Part shown: positions 28,807-37,938 of the stretch, in pieces
How positions within the stretch are numbered: position 1 is the first letter of the stretch
Layout: every line of letters starts with the position of its first letter
Origin: a virus
Taxonomy: Duplodnaviria; Caudoviricetes
DNA length: 55,896 nucleotides
Reading direction: 5' to 3' (one strand)
Virus record (IMG/VR): IMGVR_UViG_3300021364_000026
Coordinates: 1-55,896 of that record
The notes under the pieces: generated by a model
Told to the model about the DNA's origin: nothing
The model's database searches: none
What the model saw: the letters and a program-made list of their open reading frames with translations, nothing else
Translations under genes and position numbers: made by a program

Positions 28807-29546
28807 TTGTTTAAATATTCCTTCATTTCATCAGTAACAGGAAAGTTTTCTGTATCATATGGATTTTCTTCGATACCAAATCTAAGTCTAATAATCTTTT
28901 CTTCTTTTGCAGAAAGAAGAAGTAAATTCTTTTTGATTATCTGCATTAGCTCGTTTTTTTCTAAAACTTCAGCAGGATTAGAGTAATAACTTGTGTCTGG
29001 AATTTTGTTTTTTAAATTACTTGCACTTTCAGATTCATCATTATCATAAGAAATAGAAGGCTTATTAGCCTTAATAGTATATTTGAGTTTCTTGACCGGT
29101 TCATTTAATTCTTTGGCAACTTGTTCTAGTGTAGGAATTTTTCCAGTCTTACTTTCAATTTCTTTAACTTTAGACTTGATTTTAGAATTAAGCATTCTAG
29201 AATGTGTAGGTACCTTAATGCTACCAGATTGCTCATTAATATAAGATAAAGCAGCTTGCTTAATCCACCAACAAGCATATGTACTAAACTTATGACCTAA
29301 GTCAGGATCAAAGCGATCAACAGCCTTTAATAAGCCAGTGCTGCTTTCTTGTAATAAGTCTTCAAAGTCGATATCTTTCCTGTGATATTTCTTTGCAATA
29401 GAAATAACAAGTCTATAATTAGACTCAACTAGCTTTTTCCTGGCAAGTACATCGCCTGCTTTCGCTTTTTTAGATAATTCAAATTCCTGTCTCTTTGTTA
29501 AGAGAGGATTATTTTTAATAATTTCACTAAATGCTGCATTTAACAT
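28803..29546 (-). CDS. sigma70-family (RpoD/RpoS-like) sigma factor lacking region 4.2
   Basis: ESNYRLVISIAKKY, DLLQE..GLLKAVDRFDP, KFSTYACWWIKQA, PTLEQVA, IIRLRFGI then ends. Confidence 0.92.
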   Translation of the reverse strand: MLNAAFSEIIKNNPLLTKRQEFELSKKAKAGDVLARKKLVESNYRLVISIAKKYHRKDIDFEDLLQESSTGLLKAVDRFDPDLGHKFSTYACWWIKQAALSYINEQSGSIKVPTHSRMLNSKIKSKVKEIESKTGKIPTLEQVAKELNEPVKKLKYTIKANKPSISYDNDESESASNLKNKIPDTSYYSNPAEVLEKNELMQIIKKNLLLLSAKEEKIIRLRFGIEENPYDTENFPVTDEMKEYLNK

Positions 29547-29577
29547 CAAGTATTTTTCCTTTTTTATAGTATAATAA

Positions 29578-29751
29578 TTAAAGATCAATAACTATTACAC
29601 GTCTAGGTTCAACATCAGGCTCTTTTTTTTCTTGATAGACCGGATAATCATCTATCTCAAGTTGAAGAAAAGGCCTTTGACTTTCCTCTTCTTCTCTTTG
29701 CTGCTTAATCTTCTCGTTTATTATTAATAAGTCTAAATCAGTGATTTCCAT
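29578..29751 (-). CDS. small acidic protein (57 aa), absent from the ORF track
   Basis: AGGAGG RBS; MEITDLDLLIINEKIKQQREEEESQRPFLQLEI...EPRRVIVIDL. Confidence 0.75.
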   Translation of the reverse strand: MEITDLDLLIINEKIKQQREEEESQRPFLQLEIDDYPVYQEKKEPDVEPRRVIVIDL

Positions 29752-29775
29752 TTTAGGATACCTCCTAAGGCTATA

Positions 29776-31425
29776 TTAATACATATCATTAGATAACTGA
29801 ACTAGTTGTACTTCATTTCCATAATTTCCTTCATTAAGTACAACACAACCAACATTTAATAATGAGTTTGCGACACTAGTTGCATTTTCAAGTGCTGTTT
29901 CAGTTACCTTTTGAGGATCAATAATACCTTGCTCGATCATATCAACATATGACTCTGTTCTTACATCAAAGCCATTATTGAAGTCGTGATTTTCTTTAAT
30001 CATCTCAATAATATAGTCAACAGATAAGTCTGCGTTTTTAAGAATTTGTCTAAGTGGTGCAATACATGCATCTGCTAAGATTTTAATAACTGTCTTGTTT
30101 AAGAGATCTGTATCAGTATCTTCTGAGTCATCTAACATAGTTAGACCTGCTTTAGCTAATGCAATTCCTCCGCCTGGAAGAAAACCACTTTCCATTGCAG
30201 CTTTTGTAGCATGTAAAGCATCATCAATTCTATCTACTAGCTCTAATAATTCAGACTCTGTATGAGCTCCAATAGAAAGTACTGCAACTACGCCTTTGTT
30301 GATTATAAGACGTTGCTTAAGAAAAGCCTCTTCTTCCTTAGAAAGATTTTTATTTTTTAAAGACTTTTCAATGCTTTTTACTACTTTTTCTCTACTACTA
30401 TCATCTTCTTCGTTTCCTACACATTCAACAAACAATGTATTGTCATGAACTGTCTCAATCTTTTTACATGTTCCTAAGTCTGAAAGTAGAATATTGTTTA
30501 CTTCGCTCTCTTCTAGTTCATAGAAAACTTTTGTTCCCATAGCTTTTGCTAAGTCATTTAGGACTTGATTTCTCTTCTCTCCGTAAAAAGGAGATCTTAC
30601 AGCACAAACTTGAAGTAAACCTTTAGAAACATTTGCGATCAAAGCTTGAATAGCTTCTTGATCGTAATCATTAGCAACAATAAATAGCGGTTTTTTAGAT
30701 TGATGTGCTTTTTCTAGTACAGGTAGAATCTGTGTTAAAGAGCTAAGCTTGCAACTTGCAATCATAACAAGAGGATCCTCTAACACACACCTAGACTTAA
30801 CTGTATCAGTTACAAAATAAGGAGAGATATAACCTCTGTCAATCTTGACACCTCTAACTAGTTTAAGATCTGTGCTTGTTGTCTTAGATTTTTCTACGGT
30901 TACTAAACCGCTGGTTCCAACTTCAGACATTGCATTTGAGATAAGCTCTCCAATGTAGTCATCGCCATTAGCACTAATTGTTGCTACTTGCTTAATCTCT
31001 TCATTAGAGGAAACTTGCTTAGAATTACTACGAAGATATTCAATAATTTCTTTTGATTTTTCGCTAAGTAATGAAGTAATTTCTGATGGCGATCCTACGC
31101 CTGTTTGAAGAGCCTGTGAAGCCCTAAAATAGATTTCCTTAGCCAATACTGTTGAAGTCGTACTTCCATCACCCGCAACATTTGCAGTGTTCTCAGATGC
31201 TTGCTTGAGCAGCCTTGCCCCTAGTGCTTCAACACGATCAGAAAGATTAATATGCTTTGCAACAGTTGCACCATCTTTTGTCAAGTGAGGTGGCTCGTTA
31301 TTTTTTTCAATTAACACTAATTTACCTCTTGGGCCCATTGTAGAACTTACTGCATTACAGAGTTTTCGGACGCCTTCTTTGAGCATATATTGTGCTTCTG
31401 CATCAAAATAAATTAAATCTGACAT
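29776..31425 (-). CDS. groEL: chaperonin GroEL
   Basis: TMGPRG, TKDGATVAK, AGDGSTTS, DRGYISPYF, DDALHAT, PGGG, GIIDP; no GGM tail. Confidence 0.96.
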   Translation of the reverse strand: MSDLIYFDAEAQYMLKEGVRKLCNAVSSTMGPRGKLVLIEKNNEPPHLTKDGATVAKHINLSDRVEALGARLLKQASENTANVAGDGSTTSTVLAKEIYFRASQALQTGVGSPSEITSLLSEKSKEIIEYLRSNSKQVSSNEEIKQVATISANGDDYIGELISNAMSEVGTSGLVTVEKSKTTSTDLKLVRGVKIDRGYISPYFVTDTVKSRCVLEDPLVMIASCKLSSLTQILPVLEKAHQSKKPLFIVANDYDQEAIQALIANVSKGLLQVCAVRSPFYGEKRNQVLNDLAKAMGTKVFYELEESEVNNILLSDLGTCKKIETVHDNTLFVECVGNEEDDSSREKVVKSIEKSLKNKNLSKEEEAFLKQRLIINKGVVAVLSIGAHTESELLELVDRIDDALHATKAAMESGFLPGGGIALAKAGLTMLDDSEDTDTDLLNKTVIKILADACIAPLRQILKNADLSVDYIIEMIKENHDFNNGFDVRTESYVDMIEQGIIDPQKVTETALENATSVANSLLNVGCVVLNEGNYGNEVQLVQLSNDMY

Positions 31426-31434
31426 ATAAATTTT

Positions 31435-31644
31435 TTATCCTTTTAAAAGTTTTGCTTTGCCTTTTGATTCTACGATTTTAGTAGAATTAACATGTCTTGA
31501 TACTTGCTCAGAATCAAGCATTCTTCTTTCTTTTGTTAATACATTTTCTGCTAAAACTAAATCACCTGACATTAGTGCGATTTCGTTTTCTGCTATTAAA
31601 TTAGCTTCTCTTAGACTTCTTTGTGCTTCATCGTTATAAATCAT
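31435..31644 (-). CDS. hypothetical protein
   Basis: 69 aa, ATGA-coupled, AAAGGT RBS. Confidence 0.7.
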   Translation of the reverse strand: MIYNDEAQRSLREANLIAENEIALMSGDLVLAENVLTKERRMLDSEQVSRHVNSTKIVESKGKAKLLKG

Positions 31645-32465
31645 TGTATGTACCTTTCGAATAGATTGTCAAACGTCTTTATGTATTTATTCCAACTGGT
31701 ATCTTTATTAGTCATAGACTTAAACGAATATTCTTCAAATGTTGTTCTTAAATCATCCCAGTTTTTATTGCTTACTGTACTATAATATTGTATATTATCT
31801 GCCTCAGAAGTTAAATCGTGAAGCTTAATCATAAATTTATTATGACTTAATTTTGCCTCACGTGTTGCATCTTCATTTAAAAATTCTTCTAGCTTTTCTG
31901 GTCTATTACAAAGCATTAATGCTTTTTTGTCGCCGATACCTTTAAAGCCTTCAATATTATCAGAAGCATCACCTTTTAACGACTTCCAAAGAACGTAGTC
32001 ATGATCTGGTTTTTCTATTGTTAATTTTCTAACCGGATTATAGAGCTCTACATTGTCATCGATACATTGAATAAAGTCTGTATCTGACGAAATAATTGTG
32101 ACTTTGTCATTAAGCTTATGTTTATCAGCAAGAAAACCAATAACATCATCGCATTCAAAGTCATCATGTTTTACTAGTTGAATTGGAAAGAATTCTTGTA
32201 ATAACTTTATAATTGTCTTTCTTTGCGCAGAAAAATTATCATCATTATTATAAACTCTTTGACCTTTATATTCAGGATCTGCAGCTAATCTTTTCTTAGG
32301 TGCTCCTTCTAAAACAAAATATGCAATGTCCGGATCAAATTTTTCAATAAGTGGCCTTAGCCCTCTAAAGAAATTAAATATAGTGGAGTACTCACCTTTA
32401 TTCATTCCACTATACCTTGCTCTATACATTAAGTTATATCCGTCAAGCAGTACTACTTTCTTCAT
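31641..32465 (-). CDS. 5'-3' exonuclease / flap endonuclease (T4 RNase H-like)
   Basis: LLDGYNLMYR, YKGQR, ECDDVI, SSDTDF, GDASDNIEGFKGIG; start re-set to 32465. Confidence 0.93.
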   Translation of the reverse strand: MKKVVLLDGYNLMYRARYSGMNKGEYSTIFNFFRGLRPLIEKFDPDIAYFVLEGAPKKRLAADPEYKGQRVYNNDDNFSAQRKTIIKLLQEFFPIQLVKHDDFECDDVIGFLADKHKLNDKVTIISSDTDFIQCIDDNVELYNPVRKLTIEKPDHDYVLWKSLKGDASDNIEGFKGIGDKKALMLCNRPEKLEEFLNEDATREAKLSHNKFMIKLHDLTSEADNIQYYSTVSNKNWDDLRTTFEEYSFKSMTNKDTSWNKYIKTFDNLFERYIQ

Positions 32466-32919
32466 TTTTTTTTTGATCCAAATCTTCAATAGGGTTAATT
32501 AAATTTGCAATTTGTCCATTGCCTAAATCAACTTTTATTTTTGACGCTATATTGTCATCGTAATCGTCATGTTTAATAATATCACCATTTGATTCATTGT
32601 TGCACGCACTCAAATCATCTTTATCAACAACTTCTTCTTTAAAGTATTTTTGTCGAAGAGCATTAGATTCTTCTATCATTTTAGATACTGCTGACTTTGC
32701 GTTATTTAACAAGTGTTTTTCTACTTCTTCTAGATTATCCCATATATTAGAAACTTCACTAAGATTAACTTTTACTTGCTTTTTTCCTGGGATTATAGCT
32801 TTATATGTAATGCTTTCTTTTTCAAGAGTTTTAGTTATAACTTGCTCAGATATTTTAAGAGGAATTACTTTATATTTGTTTTCTAGAATTGTGTAGAGAA
32901 TTTGACCTACTTCGTACAT
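32443..32919 (-). CDS. hypothetical protein
   Basis: MYEVGQILY start; KVDLGNG near the C-terminus. Confidence 0.75.
   Translation of the reverse strand: MYEVGQILYTILENKYKVIPLKISEQVITKTLEKESITYKAIIPGKKQVKVNLSEVSNIWDNLEEVEKHLLNNAKSAVSKMIEESNALRQKYFKEEVVDKDDLSACNNESNGDIIKHDDYDDNIASKIKVDLGNGQIANLINPIEDLDQKKNEESSTA
32576..32605 (-). promoter_or_regulatory. internal class I promoter GTGCAA-N18-TATTAT
   Basis: gcGTGCAA about 110 nt upstream of the exonuclease-groEL-sigma cluster. Confidence 0.5.
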
Positions 32920-32960
32920 ACAAACTTCTTTCTAAACAATCAATTAATTATGTTTTTTTT

Positions 32961-32989
32961 ATTGTAGAAATAAAATTTGTTTTGTACAA
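32961..32989 (-). promoter_or_regulatory. promoter TTGTAC-N17-TACAAT
   Basis: Intergenic variant of the class I motif. Confidence 0.5.
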
Positions 32990-33268
32990 TTAATTATTTT
33001 CTAAAGGTGTTAGTCCTATTGCTTCTCTTACTTTATTGTATGTATCAAAGTCTAAGTTTTGTTTTAAAATTGTCATATTAGCTAGAGAATGAACAATTAC
33101 TTCTTTTTCTATTTCACTATCCTCTTCTTCTACAGGTCTAACTTCGCACATAAACATACATGCCGGCATTGATTTTTCTGAAGGTACATTTACAAAAGGT
33201 AATCCACCTGTTAGTCCTTTTGAATCCTCTTCATAAAATATCTCAGGAATCCACATATTGTTTTGCAT
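32990..33268 (-). CDS. hypothetical protein
   Basis: 92 aa, GAGGA RBS, abuts the upstream gene. Confidence 0.75.
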   Translation of the reverse strand: MQNNMWIPEIFYEEDSKGLTGGLPFVNVPSEKSMPACMFMCEVRPVEEEDSEIEKEVIVHSLANMTILKQNLDFDTYNKVREAIGLTPLENN

Positions 33269-35209
33269 TTATTTATCCTCTTTTTTATCAGTTAATTGAT
33301 CAGCAGGCACTTCAATTGTTTCAGTATTGCTATCTTTATTTTCTTCTTTTTCGTTTTCTTTTTCTAATTCTTCAGTATCTTTTTCTATTTTAGATTCTAA
33401 CTCAGACTTTTTGTTTGTATAACTTTTTATTGTGTCTTCTAACTTTTTTAAGTTTTCAAAATCAGATCTATTCTTATCTAAACTGCTTGTAATGTACGAA
33501 ATATCTGAAATTTCTATACCTAATTTTGATAATTGATCTGAACCAGAAGTTATTATTTGTGAAAGATCTTTAAGACTCGCAATATCATCTGTGATTATAG
33601 CTACAGAGTCTGATATGTTTTTGTCCATTGAAGAAGAAATATCAATATCAGGAAGAGATTTAGTTATTGAATCTAATATTTCTTGTATTCCGCTAGCAAT
33701 AGATATTTCTTTTTCTTTGTTTTTTTCTAAATCACTTTGCATTTTATTTAATGAATCATCTACTTTTTTTTCTATTTCTAGAAAAGAGCTTTTTATTTTT
33801 TGAATTATACTTTTGTCAACTGTCTTAATCTTAAATTCAAATTTATTGTTAAAAACTTCTATTCTACTATTTAATTTTTCAATTAACTCATCTAGACTTT
33901 CAAAGCTTTCTTTTTCAATATTATTTTGATCTTGTTCAAATAACAAATTTAATTTGCTTTCAAAGCCTTCTTTTAAGTTTTTGTCACTTTTAACTTTATC
34001 AAATAAAGCTATTGTCATTTGATTTAAAATCAAAGGAGTTTTAATAGAAGCTTTTAGAAGATCGGTAAGTATAAGAGATCTTAAAATATAAAAAGATGAA
34101 AAAGAAAGACCCATTGAAGATTTTAAATCAACCTTTTCTTTCTCGCCTTTAGACTCCTCTTCATTATCTTCAGACTCTTCTTCTTTCAAAACTATACGAT
34201 TGCTTTTAATAGATAAAACATTAAAACTCTCTTCTGTAGTATTGTTTTCTTCAGAATCATTAGATTCGTCTTCTTTTTCAGATTCGTCTTCTTTTTCTAT
34301 ACTTTCAACGTCAATGTCACTATTTAAAATTAATTTTATACACTCAATTGAATCATCATATAAAATTATTTTGTTTAAACTATTAATTTGATGTTCTATT
34401 TCATAATCTTTAATATAATTTAAAGCACTTTTAATATCTCTGTTTTTTGTAAAGTAGTCTAAAAATAACATTTGATCGCTAGTTACACTAAATTTTCGAA
34501 GTTGTAGTTCTTCAAATTTTTTCTTAAATTGAATTGCTATTTTATTAAACTTAGATAAGATAATACAAGCTTTCCAAAACTCATCTGAATCTAGATTTTT
34601 TTCTGCTTCTTTTGAAAGTTTATAATTTTTTCTTCTGCGCTTTCTCTTTTCAGATCTACTTAATTTTTTATCATTATCATTATAAACATCTAAGCTAGTG
34701 TCATGTGTTATATGTGACAATGCCATAATAAAGTTATATAAACTTTTATATTTTTCCCTATCTCGTTCAGTCCCAGGCCCGCCTTTATCTAAAAGATTCA
34801 TCATGTTCTTTTTTGTAAATTCTTTATCGACAAAAACATCAAAAGCTTTAGCACCAGGACATGCCATTGACATAAATAAGTTAGCATCAGCAGCACCTGG
34901 CTGAGCTTTTATTAAGCTTTGCATTTCTCTTTTTATCTGCTTGTCAGATGATATAAACTCTTTATTAGCAGCAGCAAGACCTCCTACAACTCCATGTTTT
35001 TTTATGTTTTTGTATATTTTCCAAGCGTAACCAAAAGTTGCTCCCCAAGATCTTTTTAAAAAAGCACCTGTCATTTTTAATGCATCTGAGCCGGTTTTAA
35101 TTAAAGTTTTTCCAGCATCCATTCCGGCAGTTGCGTATTTTCCCGGGCCTACTTCTTGTATTATGGTTTTGTTTTTTCTTATCGATAATTTATATTCTTT
35201 TTGATTCAT
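33269..35209 (-). CDS. hypothetical protein, coiled-coil C-terminus
   Basis: 646 aa; Gly/Ala-rich amphipathic N-region, acidic linkers with EES and LKEE motifs. Confidence 0.8.
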   Translation of the reverse strand: MNQKEYKLSIRKNKTIIQEVGPGKYATAGMDAGKTLIKTGSDALKMTGAFLKRSWGATFGYAWKIYKNIKKHGVVGGLAAANKEFISSDKQIKREMQSLIKAQPGAADANLFMSMACPGAKAFDVFVDKEFTKKNMMNLLDKGGPGTERDREKYKSLYNFIMALSHITHDTSLDVYNDNDKKLSRSEKRKRRRKNYKLSKEAEKNLDSDEFWKACIILSKFNKIAIQFKKKFEELQLRKFSVTSDQMLFLDYFTKNRDIKSALNYIKDYEIEHQINSLNKIILYDDSIECIKLILNSDIDVESIEKEDESEKEDESNDSEENNTTEESFNVLSIKSNRIVLKEEESEDNEEESKGEKEKVDLKSSMGLSFSSFYILRSLILTDLLKASIKTPLILNQMTIALFDKVKSDKNLKEGFESKLNLLFEQDQNNIEKESFESLDELIEKLNSRIEVFNNKFEFKIKTVDKSIIQKIKSSFLEIEKKVDDSLNKMQSDLEKNKEKEISIASGIQEILDSITKSLPDIDISSSMDKNISDSVAIITDDIASLKDLSQIITSGSDQLSKLGIEISDISYITSSLDKNRSDFENLKKLEDTIKSYTNKKSELESKIEKDTEELEKENEKEENKDSNTETIEVPADQLTDKKEDK

Positions 35210-35441
35210 CTAACACCAACTTCACATTAAATGTTTTAAAGTATAATTTAATTATCTCAATTTCAAAGTCATTTAAACTATGCTTTTTGCTTTTAATGTC
35301 TCTCGTAGAAAAACATCGTCTAATGTCTGGATTTAAATATCTAAGTAAATATTTTTTAATTACAAGCCAATCATTACCTTCGTAATAAGGACCAATCTCT
35401 TCTATAAGCTCAATTATTTTTTCTTTTTCTAGTTTATTCAT
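35190..35441 (-). CDS. hypothetical protein
   Basis: 83 aa, TAATG-coupled. Confidence 0.65.
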   Translation of the reverse strand: MNKLEKEKIIELIEEIGPYYEGNDWLVIKKYLLRYLNPDIRRCFSTRDIKSKKHSLNDFEIEIIKLYFKTFNVKLVLDESKRI

Positions 35442-36313
35442 TAAAATCTCACCGGCATTAAAGGAGGCAAAAAGTCTTCTTTTGTTTTTTTTGTGCTAAT
35501 AACGTTAGACATTTTAGAAGGAATCTTTATTATTCTATTACTTTCTTTATCAAAAAACATGAAATCCAATCTGCCTAGACCAAAGTGTCTATTTAAAAAA
35601 TGATTAAATTTTATTGTAATTAAATAAACTAAATAATAAAATATGTCTTTATTTGAAATAGCTAATCCTGATTCATATAATGTCTGAAATTTTTTAAAAC
35701 TAATTTTATTGCATTTTTCATCTAGCGATAACTTATTTAAACTTTCAATTGTTTTATGCTCATCATAGTTTAGTATAGTGTTTAATTTAATCTCTTCCCA
35801 AAAAGTTTTATACAAATCATTATATTTTATTTTAATATCTAAGTTTAGATTTGTTGACTTAATATTTTCTAAATCGCTAAAATAAAAAAACAAGTCATCT
35901 AATACCAATAAGTTTTTATTTGATACTATTGAGTTAGTATTTAAACTTATTGGATAGATTAATCCATCTAAAAAAATAAAAGTAATAGAGCGATTTGAAA
36001 ATTTATTTATCTTCAAAGTCTTTAGAGCGTTTAAAAATTTTATTTCATTCAATATGCTTCTAAATAAAATTATTGCATTGTTATATTTTTCATTTAAATA
36101 TTTAAAGTTTTCATTATTAAGATATAAATTTTTTTTATTTATATTGATGTAATAATCTTTTGCATTAATATCATAGCTTAAACTTAAGATTAAACCGTCA
36201 ATTTTTAAATGCAAATTGTTTTTTTCTATCATTCTAAAGCAATTTTTAATTACTTGAAAATAAGTGTTAATTGATCTGCAGTTAATTTCAAATGGATAAA
36301 TAAAAGTAGACAT
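35441..36313 (-). CDS. divergent ligase-like nucleotidyltransferase paralogue
   Basis: FIYPFE...LKIDGLILS echoes HMMHPYE...EKLDGQNLW of 20348..24802; very AT-rich. Confidence 0.5.
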   Translation of the reverse strand: MSTFIYPFEINCRSINTYFQVIKNCFRMIEKNNLHLKIDGLILSLSYDINAKDYYININKKNLYLNNENFKYLNEKYNNAIILFRSILNEIKFLNALKTLKINKFSNRSITFIFLDGLIYPISLNTNSIVSNKNLLVLDDLFFYFSDLENIKSTNLNLDIKIKYNDLYKTFWEEIKLNTILNYDEHKTIESLNKLSLDEKCNKISFKKFQTLYESGLAISNKDIFYYLVYLITIKFNHFLNRHFGLGRLDFMFFDKESNRIIKIPSKMSNVISTKKTKEDFLPPLMPVRF

Positions 36314-37005
36314 TATTTATTTGAATGCAATACCTTTAATATTTGAGACTTATCTTGAATTGATTCGTTAGTACCTATTTTTGTAACTTTAATAGGTGTA
36401 TTACTGTCAACTTTTTTACCTTTTGACTCATCAGATATTCTTTTGTTCATTGACTTTTCCTTTTCAGCACTAGTTACGCCAGACCTTTTAATATTAAAGT
36501 TTAAGTCTGAAGGTTTTTTTGCTGACTTTCCTTTAACGTCCATTAGAGTTACATGTATAAGACCTTTAATAAGGATATGTAGAACTTCTTTTTCTTCTCT
36601 TGTTAGTCCATTAAAGTATGCTTTTAACTCTGTTGAAATTTCTTTATCTGAAAATGAATGTGCTGCTCTAAACATATTAAGTTCATCTATTAATTTTTCA
36701 TATGATACTGCATCAGACAAGTTAATAGAAGTAGGCTCAGGCTTATCCTCTTCTTCTTCATCCTCTTCTTCCTCATCGTCAACAATATCAAACTCTTCTT
36801 CTTTTGTTTTTTTGCTTTGATTAATTTTCTTTTTACTCTTTTTCTTTTTTGTAGCTTTAGCGCCAGCATCTGCAATATCGTCTTCTAGACGCTTTGCTCT
36901 TTTTCTTTCGACATCGTAGGAAACTTCTGTATCTTCTTCAATACTTTCGTTTATAATTGTATCTACCAAAGAAAACAAATCAAAATTACTAGCTTTAGTT
37001 GCCAT
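36313..37005 (-). CDS. hypothetical virion-like protein
   Basis: IINES leader, acidic tract, LNMFRAAHSF core, terminal NES. Confidence 0.8.
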   Translation of the reverse strand: MATKASNFDLFSLVDTIINESIEEDTEVSYDVERKRAKRLEDDIADAGAKATKKKKSKKKINQSKKTKEEEFDIVDDEEEEDEEEEDKPEPTSINLSDAVSYEKLIDELNMFRAAHSFSDKEISTELKAYFNGLTREEKEVLHILIKGLIHVTLMDVKGKSAKKPSDLNFNIKRSGVTSAEKEKSMNKRISDESKGKKVDSNTPIKVTKIGTNESIQDKSQILKVLHSNK

Positions 37006-37174
37006 TGTTGCTCTCCCATTTTATTTGATTCTGCCACCTCTCGTGATAAAGTTCGTCTCTTCTTCTACGTCTTTTATCTTCTTCTATAATATGATTATCA
37101 ATTTTGCGTCGATTTACATACTCTTCATTTCTTTTGTCTATATCATTCGTAAACTTTTCAAAATCAAATTCCAT
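36995..37174 (-). CDS. small hypothetical protein (59 aa), absent from the ORF track
   Basis: GAAGGT RBS; MEFDFEKFTNDIDKR...LYHERWQNQIKWESNNGN; fills the gap. Confidence 0.7.
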   Translation of the reverse strand: MEFDFEKFTNDIDKRNEEYVNRRKIDNHIIEEDKRRRRRDELYHERWQNQIKWESNNGN

Positions 37175-37187
37175 GACATACCTTCTT

Positions 37188-37559
37188 TCAATTTAAAAAT
37201 ATACTATATGTTATAATATAACTATTTTGCTTATTTAATTTAATGGTTTTTTCTATAGACTTTTCTGCTATATTAATTTTTTTTATACTGTCACCTTTAT
37301 AAAGTAATTCAATTGAATCAGGATTAAACGCTAGCATATCTTTTGCATTCTCTTCTTTCATAAAAGCTTTTAATTTAATCCTGTTTTTATTTTCTTTTAG
37401 ACTAATATATTTTAACATGCAATTCTTGTTATTTAAAACAACATTAAAATAAAGATTCCACGTAACATCTTTTTTGTTATTATCAACAATTAAATTTTCT
37501 AGCTCTTTAGAATAAAAGATGTTTTCTTTTTTTGATTGTTTTAGTAAATCATCATCCAT
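37188..37559 (-). CDS. hypothetical protein
   Basis: 123 aa in operon spacing. Confidence 0.65.
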   Translation of the reverse strand: MDDDLLKQSKKENIFYSKELENLIVDNNKKDVTWNLYFNVVLNNKNCMLKYISLKENKNRIKLKAFMKEENAKDMLAFNPDSIELLYKGDSIKKINIAEKSIEKTIKLNKQNSYIITYSIFLN

Positions 37560-37563
37560 TTAT

Positions 37564-37923
37564 CTACTCTTTTTTAGCAAAATAATAAACAACATCTTTT
37601 CTAATTTTATCGATATCTTTTTTAGCCTCAAATTCTATCTCTGAAACTTCAGGTGATGCTGCATGCAATATAACTCCAACTTTTTTTTGTTTAACCCTAA
37701 ATTCAATAATACAATCTGTATCTCTATCGTATTTTAGCAATTCTAAAACAAAAGCTTCTTTTTGTTTTCTAGACTTAAAAGAAAAAAGTTTTTTTATGCA
37801 CTTTGTAGTAACAGTCCACTTTTCTTCTTTAGCTTCTATAGGTAATTCGTTTTTGTCACTATCTGGATAAGATTTAACTTTATTTTCACTTAGATAGCTT
37901 TCCATTAAATTTTGCAACATCAT
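37564..37923 (-). CDS. pterin-4a-carbinolamine dehydratase-fold-like protein, degenerate
   Basis: W...IKKLFSF...AFV...V.V.LH...VSE.E...IDKI spacing; HHP motif absent. Confidence 0.55.
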   Translation of the reverse strand: MMLQNLMESYLSENKVKSYPDSDKNELPIEAKEEKWTVTTKCIKKLFSFKSRKQKEAFVLELLKYDRDTDCIIEFRVKQKKVGVILHAASPEVSEIEFEAKKDIDKIRKDVVYYFAKKE

Positions 37924-37938
37924 AACTTGCCTTGCTTA

